NCBI GenBank assembly: GCA_963695855.1
Contig: CAVOHZ010000010.1
Coordinates: 160,001-224,000, forward strand
DNA: 64,000 bases
Direction of reading: 5' to 3'
Source: an uncultured Nitrososphaerales archaeon
GTDB taxonomy: Archaea > Thermoproteota > Nitrososphaeria > Nitrososphaerales > Nitrososphaeraceae
Shown: one piece after another, positions 1 through 10,444 of the stretch
Numbering within the stretch: the first letter of the stretch is position 1
How the letters are laid out: every line of letters begins with the position of its first letter
Position numbers and translations under genes: made by a program
The notes under the pieces: generated by a model
Databases searched by the model: none
What the model was told of the DNA's origin: nothing
Seen by the model: the letters and a program-made list of their open reading frames with translations, nothing else

Positions 1-42
1 CATTCGTAACATTATTTTCAAATTATATGGCTAATTTTGATT

Positions 43-2397
43 TCATTTTGTTGGAAGCTCATTTCTAGATTTTAGAACATTTAAAGCAGAACCAGCATAA
101 AACCACGTTATCTGGTGCTTGTTGTATGAATGTTTAAGTTTTATTATTTCTTCTTCCATTCCTCTTTTTCGGTCTTTCATCTCTTTGATATCTTTATGAA
201 TAATTTTACACTCAACTGCCTTTCCGGGTTCTAATTTATCCAAACCAATAATGCTTATTCTGTCATCCTCGCCTATCTTTTCGTAGTCTAAACTGTTTTC
301 AAATGTCAATGCCAAAATTCCTTGCTTTTTCAGGTTCGTTTCATGAATTCTGGCAAAACTTTTTGAAATAACTGCAACACATCCCAGATAACGAGGAGTC
401 ATAGCTGCTTGTTCCCTGCTACTCCCTTCACCATAATTATTATCCCCGATAATGACCCATCCTATTCTTTGTTTTTTATATTCACGTGCGATATGGGGAT
501 AGGATTCCATCTTTGCATTTAGAATATTTTTTCCTATTCCTACCTGATCATCATGAAAGAAATTAACTGCCCCAAGCAACAAATTATCACTGAGTCGATC
601 AAGATGTCCTCGATATCGCAACCATGGGCCTGCAGGAGAAATATGATCGGTTGTACATTTACCCTTTACCTTTGCAAGAACAGGTATATTTTCAAAATCT
701 TTTCCATTCCATTCTGAAAATGGTTCTAATTTTTGGAGCCTATCACTTTTTTCATCTATTATCACCTGCACTCTATCAGGGTTCAGCGAGGGAGGAGTAT
801 AGATGTCTTTAACACGAACAAAACCAAAAGCCGGTACTTCAGGAGCAATTTTCGGTGGTCTTAATTTAATTTTCTGGCCATCTTTCCCGCTTATTTCATC
901 TGTTAATGGATTGAATGATAAACTACCACCTAGAGCAAGAGCAGTGACAATTTCTGGACTCGCAATAAAATTCATAGTTTCTCTTGTACCATCATTACGT
1001 CCTGGGAAGTTTCTATTATACGAGGTTACAATTGTATTAGGTTCTCCCTTTTTTAACTCTGGTCTACTCCATTGACCTATGCAGGGACCACATGCATTTG
1101 CCAGAACTGTTGCCCCAATCCTTTGAAGAGATTCCATCTGGCCATCTCTATCAATGGTAGCTCTTATCATTTCGGATCCCGGTGTTACCAATAAGGAGGT
1201 TTTTACTTGCAGACCGTTTTTATAAGCCTGTTCTGCCACATTCGATGCCCTTGACATATCTTCATAGGACGAATTCGTACATGACCCGATAAGTGCTACA
1301 GAAATATCATCAATATAGTTATTTTTCAGAACATCTTCCTTCATATGGGAGATCGGTCTAGCCAAATCAGGTGTGTGAGGTCCGACGATATGAGGTTCAA
1401 GACCAGTAAGATCTAGTCTAATTACGTTATCAAAATATTTCTCGGGTTCTTTTGCAATTTCAGGGTCCTGTATCAAAAGATCTCTGTTTGTGTTTGCCAA
1501 GTCTGCAATCTCCCCCCTACTTGTTGCCCTTAAATATGTCTCCATTCTTACATCATATTCAAACACCGAACAAGTAGCGCCTATCTCAGCACCCATATTT
1601 GTTATCGTCGCTTTTCCAGTACAACTAATAGATTTTGCACCCGGTCCAAAATATTCAATAATAGCATTTGTTCCTCCTGATACAGTCAGTTTAGATGCAA
1701 CAAAAAGAATAATATCTTTTGGGGCGGTCCAGCCGTTTAACTCTCCAGTTAGGTAGACACCGATCCTTTTGGGATAAAGAACTTCCCAAGGCATTCCAGC
1801 CATTGTTTCTGCAGCATCCAATCCACCTACACCCACCGCCAACATACCCAATCCACCTGCATTTGGTGTATGAGAATCAGTACCGATCATCAATCCTCCC
1901 GGGAAGGCATAGTTTTCCAATACTACCTGATGAATAATTCCTGCTCCGGGTTTCCAAAATCCAACGCCAAATTTACTTGAAGCAGATTCTAAAAATTTGT
2001 AAACTTCATCATTTTCATATAAAGCAGTCTTTGTGTCTAAAATACCATTAATTCTTGCTTGAATGAGATGATCACAATGAACTGTCGTTGGTACAGTAGT
2101 TTTCTTTAAACCAGACTGCATAAATTGTAAAAGTGTCATTTGACCAGTTACGTCTTGTAAAGCAACACGATCGGGACGTAAGAGAACATAGCTCTTGCCC
2201 ATTACGAGATTTTTATTTTCATCATCACCTACAATATCATCGAGGTGACCAATCAAGATCTTTTCACTGAGTGAAAGTGGCTGATTTTTTTGTATTTTTT
2301 CTTTATACATAGAGATATTTTTTCTAGATTTTTCGTATATTCTTTTAACCATCTCGGCAGTAGTTTCTACATGATTGTCTGCAATTTTGCCATTCAT
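43..2397 (-). CDS. acn: Aconitate hydratase (mitochondrial-type aconitase)
   Basis: 784 aa; motifs HCDH, GTDSHTPN, IGSCTNSS, ANACGPCIG, TTDHISPAG, YGEGSSRE. Confidence 0.95.
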   Translation of the reverse strand: MNGKIADNHVETTAEMVKRIYEKSRKNISMYKEKIQKNQPLSLSEKILIGHLDDIVGDDENKNLVMGKSYVLLRPDRVALQDVTGQMTLLQFMQSGLKKTTVPTTVHCDHLIQARINGILDTKTALYENDEVYKFLESASSKFGVGFWKPGAGIIHQVVLENYAFPGGLMIGTDSHTPNAGGLGMLAVGVGGLDAAETMAGMPWEVLYPKRIGVYLTGELNGWTAPKDIILFVASKLTVSGGTNAIIEYFGPGAKSISCTGKATITNMGAEIGATCSVFEYDVRMETYLRATSRGEIADLANTNRDLLIQDPEIAKEPEKYFDNVIRLDLTGLEPHIVGPHTPDLARPISHMKEDVLKNNYIDDISVALIGSCTNSSYEDMSRASNVAEQAYKNGLQVKTSLLVTPGSEMIRATIDRDGQMESLQRIGATVLANACGPCIGQWSRPELKKGEPNTIVTSYNRNFPGRNDGTRETMNFIASPEIVTALALGGSLSFNPLTDEISGKDGQKIKLRPPKIAPEVPAFGFVRVKDIYTPPSLNPDRVQVIIDEKSDRLQKLEPFSEWNGKDFENIPVLAKVKGKCTTDHISPAGPWLRYRGHLDRLSDNLLLGAVNFFHDDQVGIGKNILNAKMESYPHIAREYKKQRIGWVIIGDNNYGEGSSREQAAMTPRYLGCVAVISKSFARIHETNLKKQGILALTFENSLDYEKIGEDDRISIIGLDKLEPGKAVECKIIHKDIKEMKDRKRGMEEEIIKLKHSYNKHQITWFYAGSALNVLKSRNELPTK

Positions 2398-2566
2398 ATC
2401 TTTATATCATATATTAAATGAACTGGGATATATAGAATATCCATATAACATGGAACTCGTTTAAGCTAAAAAATTAGATAATTTCTTTACATTTAATATT
2501 CCAGAATTCTCATCCAAAAGAAAATTGTATTAATAGATCATACTGATTATATAATATTTCAATAGC

Positions 2567-3092
2567 ATGTGCCACCATTCTAAAAAAGATTCGAAAGACA
2601 TAGGTAAAATTTTAGGTTTTCTGGAACCTGAGAAACATGTTATATTAGTTGCAAAGGGATCAGAAACACTATTTTTAACGGATAGACGTCTATTGATCAG
2701 ATAAAATTCAGTTTTAAGGAAAAAATAATTAAGGCTATTTATGAAAAATTGTCAATGCACAATTAAAAAAAGGAATTATATCATCAAAAATATTAATATC
2801 CACATCTGAACATGCTATTAAGATTAGATCTTTAAAGCATGAATTAGTGTAAGGTATTTTAGAACATATTAATGAAATTTTAAGCCAGTCAAGATCTAGT
2901 AATGATCATAATAATAAAGAAATAAAATATTTACCAGAAAAACTAGATATAGATTCAGATTCAAAAAAGTGTAAAAAAATATTGACCTCCATATTGGATG
3001 AATTAGAAAGATTATCAAAATTAAGGAACGATGGAGTACTTACTGAAGACGAATTTCAATTGATAAAAAAAGATATATTAAACAAAATTTGA
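2567..3092 (+). pseudogene. Decayed PH-domain + SHOCT-domain gene
   Basis: ATG at 2567 reads ..LEPEKHVILVAKGSETLFLTDRRLLIR* (bacterial PH-like LTDRR motif); the 3' end reads SILDELERLSKLRNDGVLTEDEFQLIKKDILNKI* (SHOCT consensus); stops and frameshifts in between. Confidence 0.6.
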
Positions 3093-3188
3093 AGATAATT
3101 ATAGCTTTTTTATAAATATAGATTACAAAGGAACTTTTTTAAAAATTAATCTGTAAATTGTTATTAATTAGCGATTTAAATATTTTAT

Positions 3189-3902
3189 ATGAGAGATAAA
3201 GGTGTATTTATTATAGGAACCGATACAGAAATAGGAAAAACCACAATAGCTGCAGGATTAGGAAATTTATTAATCAAAAATGGATTTAGAGTCGGAGTGA
3301 TGAAGCCATTTGCTGCTGACTCCAAGCAATATTCAAAAGAATTTCTATCGAGGGACACAAAAATATTGAAAGAAGCTACTAAAAGCCAAGAACATAATGA
3401 TATCATAAATCCATTTTTTTATAACATCCCTAGTGCTCCATATTTAGTATCAAAAATTCAGAAAAATTGCAAAGAAATAGATCCAAAAAAAATTCTAGAT
3501 ATATTTCATGAACTTGCAAAAAAAAATGAATTCGTTATAGTCGAGGGAATGGGTGGTTTGATGGTTCCTTTGACAAAGAATCTGTATATTGCAGATGTTG
3601 TTAAGATGTTAAATATTCCCGTTATTTTGATAATGTCTAATAAAATTGGAACTATAAATCATATAGTGATGACCTCTTTTATGTGTAGACATTATAAGTT
3701 AAATGTTATAGGTATAATAGTTAATAATCTATTTAATTTTAAAGAAAGAAAATTTAGAATGGTTAACGCAGTATTACCTGAAACGGTCAAAGAACTGACC
3801 GGATATCCAATTCTGGCGGTTATTCCTTACATAAAAAGTCCTAATAAAGATAAAATAACCAAAATCTTAAAAAATACAAATATGGATAAACTATTTTTTT
3901 AA
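3189..3902 (+). CDS. bioD: Dethiobiotin synthase
   Basis: GTDTEIGKT P-loop, MKP, VEGMGG, GTINH motifs. Confidence 0.92.
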   Translation: MRDKGVFIIGTDTEIGKTTIAAGLGNLLIKNGFRVGVMKPFAADSKQYSKEFLSRDTKILKEATKSQEHNDIINPFFYNIPSAPYLVSKIQKNCKEIDPKKILDIFHELAKKNEFVIVEGMGGLMVPLTKNLYIADVVKMLNIPVILIMSNKIGTINHIVMTSFMCRHYKLNVIGIIVNNLFNFKERKFRMVNAVLPETVKELTGYPILAVIPYIKSPNKDKITKILKNTNMDKLFF

Positions 3903-4577
3903 GATTGCCTAAATTTCTTTACTTGAATCTGAATTATTATTTTGTGTTTTACCCATAATTCTTTATCCACATGAAAATAAAGAAAATAGCAATTTTTACT
4001 GTTTTTATCTTGACAATTTTTATTAATAAAGGCGAAATCAAATACGTTATATTATTTGTAAGTGATCAGTGTTTTCTTGAAGATATCTTTGTCAATGTAG
4101 AACCTGAAAAATACAATTGTATTGCTTAGAAGATGTACTTTTAAGATGCTCTTTTGCTCCTATAGACAATTGTAGCTCTGAGTTATAGTCATATCGGTAA
4201 ATCCAGATCTATTTATTTATGGTTTAAAGTTATGTTCAACAATTTATTCTATTTTTGAAAATCAACGTATTAGTAAAAAAGAAAATTATTATTTTTCAAT
4301 TGTTGTAAAATTTCTTTTGTTCACATTTTTATTTATTGATATGTATAAATTAGAAGATGCAGGTGGGGTGAAAGTTTTTCTAATTCATATATTTTACTAT
4401 GGAAAATTACACTATAATAAATAAAATTCAATATAAATCAATCAGACAATAATCAAAAAATTGTATATGATATTTTTTTAAAAAAAATTGGAACCCAACT
4501 AACTTAATTTAGTTTAAAGATACAATTAGTTGAGTAATTAAAAAAAAATGGTATTGTTTGGTTCCTAGTTTATAGTA

Positions 4578-6149
4578 CTAGGGATAGGGAATTGGCAATA
4601 TGAATGGTACTTGTGATGTCGGATTTATTGGTGACTCAGTAGAAGGACGTTGTTCATTAGCAGAACTTAATATTCTAGTATCTTGTTGTTGTTGTTCTTG
4701 TTGTTGTTTTAATTGTTGTTGTTCTTGTTGTTGTTTTAATTGTTGTTGTTGCTTTAGTTTTTGTTGTAGGTGTAATTGTTTAAATTGTTGTTGTTCTTGT
4801 TGTTGTTTCAATTGTTGTTGTTGTTTTAGTTTTTGTTGTAGGTGTAATTGTTTAAATTGTTGTTGTTCTTGTTGTTGTTTTACAGGTTGTTCTTGTTGTT
4901 TTTGTTGCATTATTGCACTACCAGAATTCAATAGTCTAGTATCTTTTTGTTGTTGTTGTTGTTCTTGTTGTTGTTTCAATTGTTGTTGTTGTTTTAGTTT
5001 TTGTTGTAGGTGTAATTGTTTAAATTGTTGTTGTTCTTGTTGTTGTTTTACAGGTTGTTCTTGTTGTTTTTGTTGCATTATTGCACTACCAGAATTCAAT
5101 AGTCTAGTATCTTTTTGTTGTTGTTGTTCTTGTTGTTGTTTTACAGGTTGTTCTTGTTGTTTTTGTTGCATTATTGCACTACCAGAATTCAATAGTCTAG
5201 TATCTTTTTGTTGTTGTTGTTCTTGTTGTTGTTTTACAGGTTGTTCTTGTTGTTTTTGTTGCATTATTGCACTACCAGAATTCAATAGTCTAGTATCTTT
5301 TTGTTGTTGTTGTTGTTCTTGTTGTTGTTTTAATTGTTGTTGTTGTTTTATTTTTTCTTGTAGTTGTTGTAGAGGTTGTTCTTGTTGTTGTTTTAATTGT
5401 TGTTGTTGTTTTATTTTTTCTTGTAGTTGTTGTAGAGGTTGTTCTTGTTGTTGTTGCATTACTGCTGAAGTACTATCTGTAGATTTTATATCAGATTGAC
5501 TTACTTCTTTTGCATCATTAGTTACATCAGCACTGTCATTGCCAAGTACTTCTGTTGTATTAATATTGTCATTTGTGAAAGTCTCTGAATCAGTATCGTG
5601 GGATGGACTAAGATAGTGGTTCTCATTATTACATTTAACTATTATTTTTGTGTCTGATCCTAAATAGTATACTTGAGTATTTCCAGGATTGCTATTGAAT
5701 TCTTCAGATGAAATTAATTGCGTAGCCTCATCATTAGCCTTTTTTAAAGCTAATGCATTATCTAAAATAGGTTTAATGGTATCAATATCTTCTATTCCAT
5801 CAGCATTGATATTTCGATTGTTGCAGTTTACTATTTTTACTATTTTTACCTTTTTAATTGGTTTATCGTAATCTTCTTCATATTTTGTGTATGAACCATA
5901 TTTGTCTGATTCTTCCATGTAATCATCATATTTCTCTTTATCTTTTCCTTCATGTTTTTTATAATCTATACTAGAATCATAGCCATAATCATCATATCGT
6001 TTTTCTTTGTATTTTCCATCATCTCTTTCCTGATACTTATCCTTTTCTTCCTTGGCATCTGCGTCAATAACTGATATTGATGCTGTCGTAATAGTGCCAG
6101 TCAATAAGATCGCTATTAAAAGTACGGTAGTAAACGTCGACTTTTGCAT
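4578..6149 (-). CDS. Secreted Gln-rich repetitive protein, two-Cys family member
   Basis: Probable start MQKST at 6149 (ORF is open to 6191); signal peptide, D/K/E/Y-rich segment, VNCNNRNIN...VKCNNEN core, about 260 aa of Q-rich repeats, C-terminal PFILPIPYP. Confidence 0.8.
   Translation of the reverse strand: MQKSTFTTVLLIAILLTGTITTASISVIDADAKEEKDKYQERDDGKYKEKRYDDYGYDSSIDYKKHEGKDKEKYDDYMEESDKYGSYTKYEEDYDKPIKKVKIVKIVNCNNRNINADGIEDIDTIKPILDNALALKKANDEATQLISSEEFNSNPGNTQVYYLGSDTKIIVKCNNENHYLSPSHDTDSETFTNDNINTTEVLGNDSADVTNDAKEVSQSDIKSTDSTSAVMQQQQEQPLQQLQEKIKQQQQLKQQQEQPLQQLQEKIKQQQQLKQQQEQQQQQKDTRLLNSGSAIMQQKQQEQPVKQQQEQQQQKDTRLLNSGSAIMQQKQQEQPVKQQQEQQQQKDTRLLNSGSAIMQQKQQEQPVKQQQEQQQFKQLHLQQKLKQQQQLKQQQEQQQQQKDTRLLNSGSAIMQQKQQEQPVKQQQEQQQFKQLHLQQKLKQQQQLKQQQEQQQFKQLHLQQKLKQQQQLKQQQEQQQLKQQQEQQQQDTRILSSANEQRPSTESPINPTSQVPFILPIPYP
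4681..5460 (-). repeat. Composite CAA-rich coding tandem repeat
   Basis: Near-identical DNA modules: DTRLLNSGSAIMQQKQQEQPVKQQQEQQQ x4, FKQLHLQQKLKQQQQLKQQQEQQQ x3, QPLQQLQEKIKQQQQLKQQQ x2. Confidence 0.95.
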
Positions 6150-7344
6150 ATTGACAGTAGGATTATCACATTTATTTAGAGTGTGCATCATTGTAATATT
6201 ATTTTACTCTATTTCTTGCCATCAGTTAATTGTTATTATTTATTGTTTCAAGATTATGATGAATAACAATCTTTATTTTAAAGCATAATTTTTAAAATAA
6301 TACTGTTAGAAAGGTTTTTTTGGCCCTGTTAACTTAAGGATTAAAGTAGTTCTACATTCTACTTTTCTATTATGTTCTGTGCTCAATTTTTCATAGGTTT
6401 TTCGATTTATTTAATTAACTTTCCTTAAATCAACATCCATGAAAATCTATCTGTATGCTGGTTATCTTTTTTATCCTGTTTAGCCATATTTTGTTGCGTT
6501 TTTCTATCTATTAAGCATTGTTAACAATAGCCTCCGCTATATATGGCATCCTTGTTCTCTGATGTAGTCGTATTGTTGTTTTTGTTGTCTAATTATCTTT
6601 CTTTTTCTTGAGATCCAATCTTGTTCAGTCTCTCCAGTTTCTGTTCATATCTAGTCCTGTTCATGTATCTATACGATTGGTGTCTTGTTAGCATGTACCA
6701 TATTATAACAAGCACCTCCTTTGCTGTTGCAACTATTGCTTTCCCATGTCCCTTTCTCTGTTTGATTCTTTCATAGAATGTTCTCATGTGACGGTCATGT
6801 CTTACTGCGGATAATGAACACTGTACCAGTATCCATCTCAATAGTGGTGATCCCTGTTTGGTTATTCTACCTGTTTTTGTTTTTCCAGATGATTCTCTTG
6901 TTGATGGAGATAATCCTGCATAACTAACAAGTTTCCATGGTGTTGCAAATCTTTTGATATCCACTATTTCTGTTGATATCAGCATTGCAGAAAATACGTC
7001 TATTCCTGTCATGCTGAGAAGTATCTTTACATCTTGACTATCCTTCCATGCGTATTTTGCTATCTCTTTTGATACTATTTCTATCTGGTTATCTATCGAT
7101 TCTATGGATGTTAGTGTTGTATTCAGTATTATCCTGTCTATTGGTGAAACTGAGAGTGATTTTAGCCACTCAGTTCCCGATCTACCGAATATGTCTGTCA
7201 GCTCTGTTCTGTACTCATATTTGTCTAAAATAGCATGTACCTTGTTTGCAAGTTTTGTCTTGGTTCTAGACAAGACTATTCTATGTCTGACCAGACTTCT
7301 TTTTTCTCTGAATTCCTTTCTTTACAGGTACATATGACTCGTAT

Positions 7345-8373
7345 GCTCTGTTGCATGATTCATTAATTTATTGATAATAATTCTGTGGTTGTAGTCTTTT
7401 ATGTTGTGGATATAAACAAATTGTATAATGATGCTTTCAACATTATCTCTTTTACCATGTTTGGATATTTAACAGCAGATACATATTCACCAAACATTCT
7501 CTTCATAGAGGAAAAGACAGATTCTACAACCCATCTCTTGCCATAGCTAACGCTATCCTTCCATTTATTAAAATCAGTTTTCTGTTCTACTACTCCAAGA
7601 TTTCTTTTATAGTGATTGTCATTTCTGATTCTAGCATTCTTTCTTACCTTTATTGCTGGTTTAATATTGTTGAATGAAAGAAATTGGAATATCTTGTTGT
7701 TATCGTATGAACCATCTGCTATCACAGTATTTACATCGATATTCTGTTTTCTGACTATATCATGTACGAGTATAGGTAATACTTTTGAATCATGTACTTT
7801 TTCTGTAGTAACGTTTAGAGATAGAATCTTTGCTTTCTTCTCATTCTTTTTTCTACCGCTTATATCTACTGCTACATGAATCTTGAGGTATCCTTTTCTT
7901 TTCTACTTTTACAGTGCCACTTCTTATGACGCATCCACTCTCCTCTATTTGTTACCTTTATTCCTGTAGAATCAATTGCTATAATAACATCATTACCTCC
8001 TAATTTGTTGTTGTTAACATGAATATCAAGTTTGTTTATTCTTCTATCTATTGTACTATAATCGGGAATTGATGGGATTTTATTTTCAGCATGAGCTCTT
8101 ACTATACCTTCAGTCTGCCTGAATGGAAGATGAAAATACACTCTTGCATATCCAAGTAATAAGAGAAATGAGTTGGGATAGTGATGTGGTTCTCCAACTT
8201 TACCTTTGTTCATTTCTTTCAATTCATTATCCCAATTATCTATAATATCAAATCCAAGCATAATTTCTCCACGCTTAACAAGAGATTGATTATATTGTCT
8301 CCAGTTTAACACATAATATGAATATAACAGGTTAGCTAAATAGATTAGCAGTAGTGAATCATGCAACAAACTA
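7345..8373 (-). mobile_element. IS5-family element inserted in the IS110 gene
   Basis: Target duplication gactcgta(t) at 7336-7344 and 8374-8382; terminal IRs share a perfect 14-bp core tgttgcatgattca. Confidence 0.92.
7399..8320 (-). pseudogene. IS5-family DDE transposase, frameshifted near 7893-7902
   Basis: NWRQYNQSLVKRG, IAIDSTGIK, RKGYLKIHVAVD, ADGSYD, RWVVESVFS; the frame is restored by deleting one copy of ctttt; start position approximate. Confidence 0.88.
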
Positions 8374-8749
8374 GACTCGTATACCAATCAATCCAGTTCT
8401 CAGCAGATCAGATAGTATACATGCGTCAAGTTTATCTGATTTTATCTTTGCTTGTGCTATTATCTTTGTTCTGTATGGATTTGCTAGTACTGTATCTATT
8501 CCATTATCTTCCAGCGTATCATGTATTCTCATCCACATGTTTCCTGTAGATTCCAGTACTGCATTACATTTTTTTGTTCCATGATTGTGTATCCTTTCAA
8601 TCAGTTCTAATATTCCATCAGAATTGTTACCAAAGAAGAATTCATTCAGTGTCTTGCCTTTATCATCTTTTAGTGCTGCCCTGCATTTTCTCTTTCCAAC
8701 ATCTATTCCAAGATGATTCAATTATTTTTATTCACCTTCTTTTTTTATT

Positions 8750-8874
8750 TGTTGGCTAACAGGTGGCAAACATCCATCCACCCTCGAAGGGTACTATGAT
8801 AGCCACTTCACAGATACGGTTCAGTCAGAGCCTCACTCTCATACGGAGTATGTTAATTTTGAACCTAGCCAACA
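8750..8874 (-). ncRNA. Putative IS110 bridge/seek RNA
   Basis: Outer stem tgttggcta/tagccaaca enclosing two hairpins with large internal loops; loops carry 9-nt exact matches to the insertion flank (ggctctgac) and to the element end (atggatgtt). Confidence 0.78.
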
Positions 8875-8889
8875 TACAGTAATGAAACA

Positions 8890-8906
8890 GACTAAAAGAT
8901 TTTCAT
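8890..8906 (-). promoter_or_regulatory. Candidate BRE/TATA promoter for the IS110 ncRNA and gene
   Basis: Minus strand atgaaaat-cttttagt; the TATA-like element begins about 24 nt upstream of the RNA outer stem and overlaps the subterminal IR. Confidence 0.45.
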
Positions 8907-9694
8907 ATCGTCAGAGCCCTAGAAAGACTAGTAAATTAATTTTTATATAAATAATTATTTCTCTTAATAAAATAAATTTGACTAGATGGCTATAACGGCC
9001 AACATATGCATGGATAATATAATGATATAGATTTTGAAAGATATCAAAGGTAGAAATAGTCTCAGATTATATGGTATATTTAATGGATAAAGGATGTGTA
9101 CTTTGTATTTTTAAACTGTGATCTTTTACTAACTTTGCAAAATTTATTTATTTATGAGAAGTGATCATAATATACAGTTCAAAAAAGGGTTTTGATAAAA
9201 ATTGATTAGAATCCAAGATTATTACTATTTTGAAATCAATTCATTATTATCTCATCATTCATAGTTAATATAATGAAAAAGAACAGGATAACATGATCTT
9301 TCTGGATATAATGTATATATAATATTTATATATCGAACCAAAAAATTTGTATAAATATTATTGTTAGAACAAAAAGATGAGATTACAGCAAGACAAATAT
9401 CCTCTATGACTACTAGATCACTTTTAAAAATTGAGATACATTACATCATATTTATTTTTCTCTATCCTTATTGTGTACCCATTTTGACGTAATAAATATT
9501 GTTTTAATGTGTGTACGCTATGTAATTTGAATACCAGAAAGTATAAGACAATAAATTTTTCAACCTATTCCAAAATTAGTAGCTTAATAAATAATTACTA
9601 CTAACTTGATAATAAAACTATGGAATATAAAAAAAGAAAAAAGAAAGATCCCTTCATAGTTCAATAATATTCTTTAGCCTACAGCCATTCCCGT

Positions 9695-10415
9695 CTAGAT
9701 TTTAAGTATTTTAGCTTTTAATAAACTAAGGAGAGCCTCTGCAACTTGATCTTGTTCTTCAGCATCTAAATTTTGCAATACATCGTTAATTGTTTTAATC
9801 GTTTCTATTAGCGTGGCAGGACCATCAGCTTTAACTACATCAATAATATTACATATATCACCTAGGGAAAAACTTTCAATTATATATATCTGTAAAGTCT
9901 AGCAAAACTCCACCAACTCGTATAAATGAGTCTGGTAAACTACCGGTGGATGTGATAAGCTGTTCCTCCAAATCTGCACTTAGTTTTTCAAGGCAGGCTT
10001 CACAACCTAATACTTCTTCTGGTTGCGGTGCTAAAGTTCTTTCATTTTGTTCTGGTTGTTTTACTCAATATTTCACAGGATCATTAAAGTTTGTACATAT
10101 AACTGTAAGCTGATCATCATCTGAAACCCAATTATTTCCTCCATCATTTTGGACATTATTTGATTCAGTTAGCTTTAATAGATCATTAGTTACCTCTGGT
10201 ATTATATCATCATTTAATATTTCAATATTGAAATTTCCGATATTACACTCATTTTTCTCCACTATCACTTTTTCTTTGTAATTGTCCATTCCATATTCTT
10301 GTTGTGCTTGCGATTCCATCATAAAAGATAGAGAAGATACAACAAATATTCCCGCAACTAAGACGGTTGACAAAAATACTGAACTATATTTTCTAATTAC
10401 GGATTTTTTCATCAT
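9695..10415 (-). pseudogene. Secreted two-Cys family paralog with internal stop and frameshift
   Basis: Signal peptide SSVFLSTVLVAG; NECNIGNFNI...VICTNFND; in-frame TGA at 10065-10067 followed by open VKQPEQ...GCEACLEK.. and then a shifted helical C-terminus ending at 9695. Confidence 0.7.
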
Positions 10416-10444
10416 TTAACTTTACCAATATAAAGTATATCTAG

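Larger units (their letters stand above)
6593..8721 (-). pseudogene. IS110 DEDD recombinase/transposase, interrupted by IS5 and two 4-bp duplications
   Basis: N-half 8371-8721 (LGIDVGK, VLESTG, KSDKLDA); C-half 6593-7273 (YAGLSP, RESSGK, KAIVATAK); the join RTGLVYESYVPVKEFREKR is restored by removing the IS5 and the aatc and cttt duplications. Confidence 0.9.
6432..8909 (-). mobile_element. IS110-family element (about 1.44 kb without the nested IS5)
   Basis: Duplicated core atc at 6429-6431 and 8907-8909; subterminal IRs atgaaaatct (6439-6448) and agattttcat (8897-8906); DEDD recombinase gene. Confidence 0.88.
6322..8918. mobile_element. IS6-like miniature element (about 120 bp: 6322-6431 plus 8910-8918) split by IS110 insertion into its right IR
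   Basis: Left IR ggccctgttaacttaagg at 6322; removing the IS110 rebuilds the right IR ccttaaatcgtcagagcc (13/18 match); homologous end at 11828; resembles the IS6 IR at 13754-13771. Confidence 0.7.

Noticed and set aside
4600-5499. 299-aa poly-Cys ORF on the + strand
   Set aside because: Antisense shadow of the CAA (Gln) repeats; the minus-strand ORF has a signal peptide and family motifs.
7880-7910. Programmed -1 frameshift in the IS5 transposase
   Set aside because: There is no clear heptamer slippery site, and a 5-bp duplication explains the shift exactly; not fully excluded.
10065-10067. Selenocysteine recoding of the in-frame TGA
   Set aside because: The position is not a Cys-equivalent, no SECIS was seen, a further frameshift follows, and the lineage is not known to use Sec.
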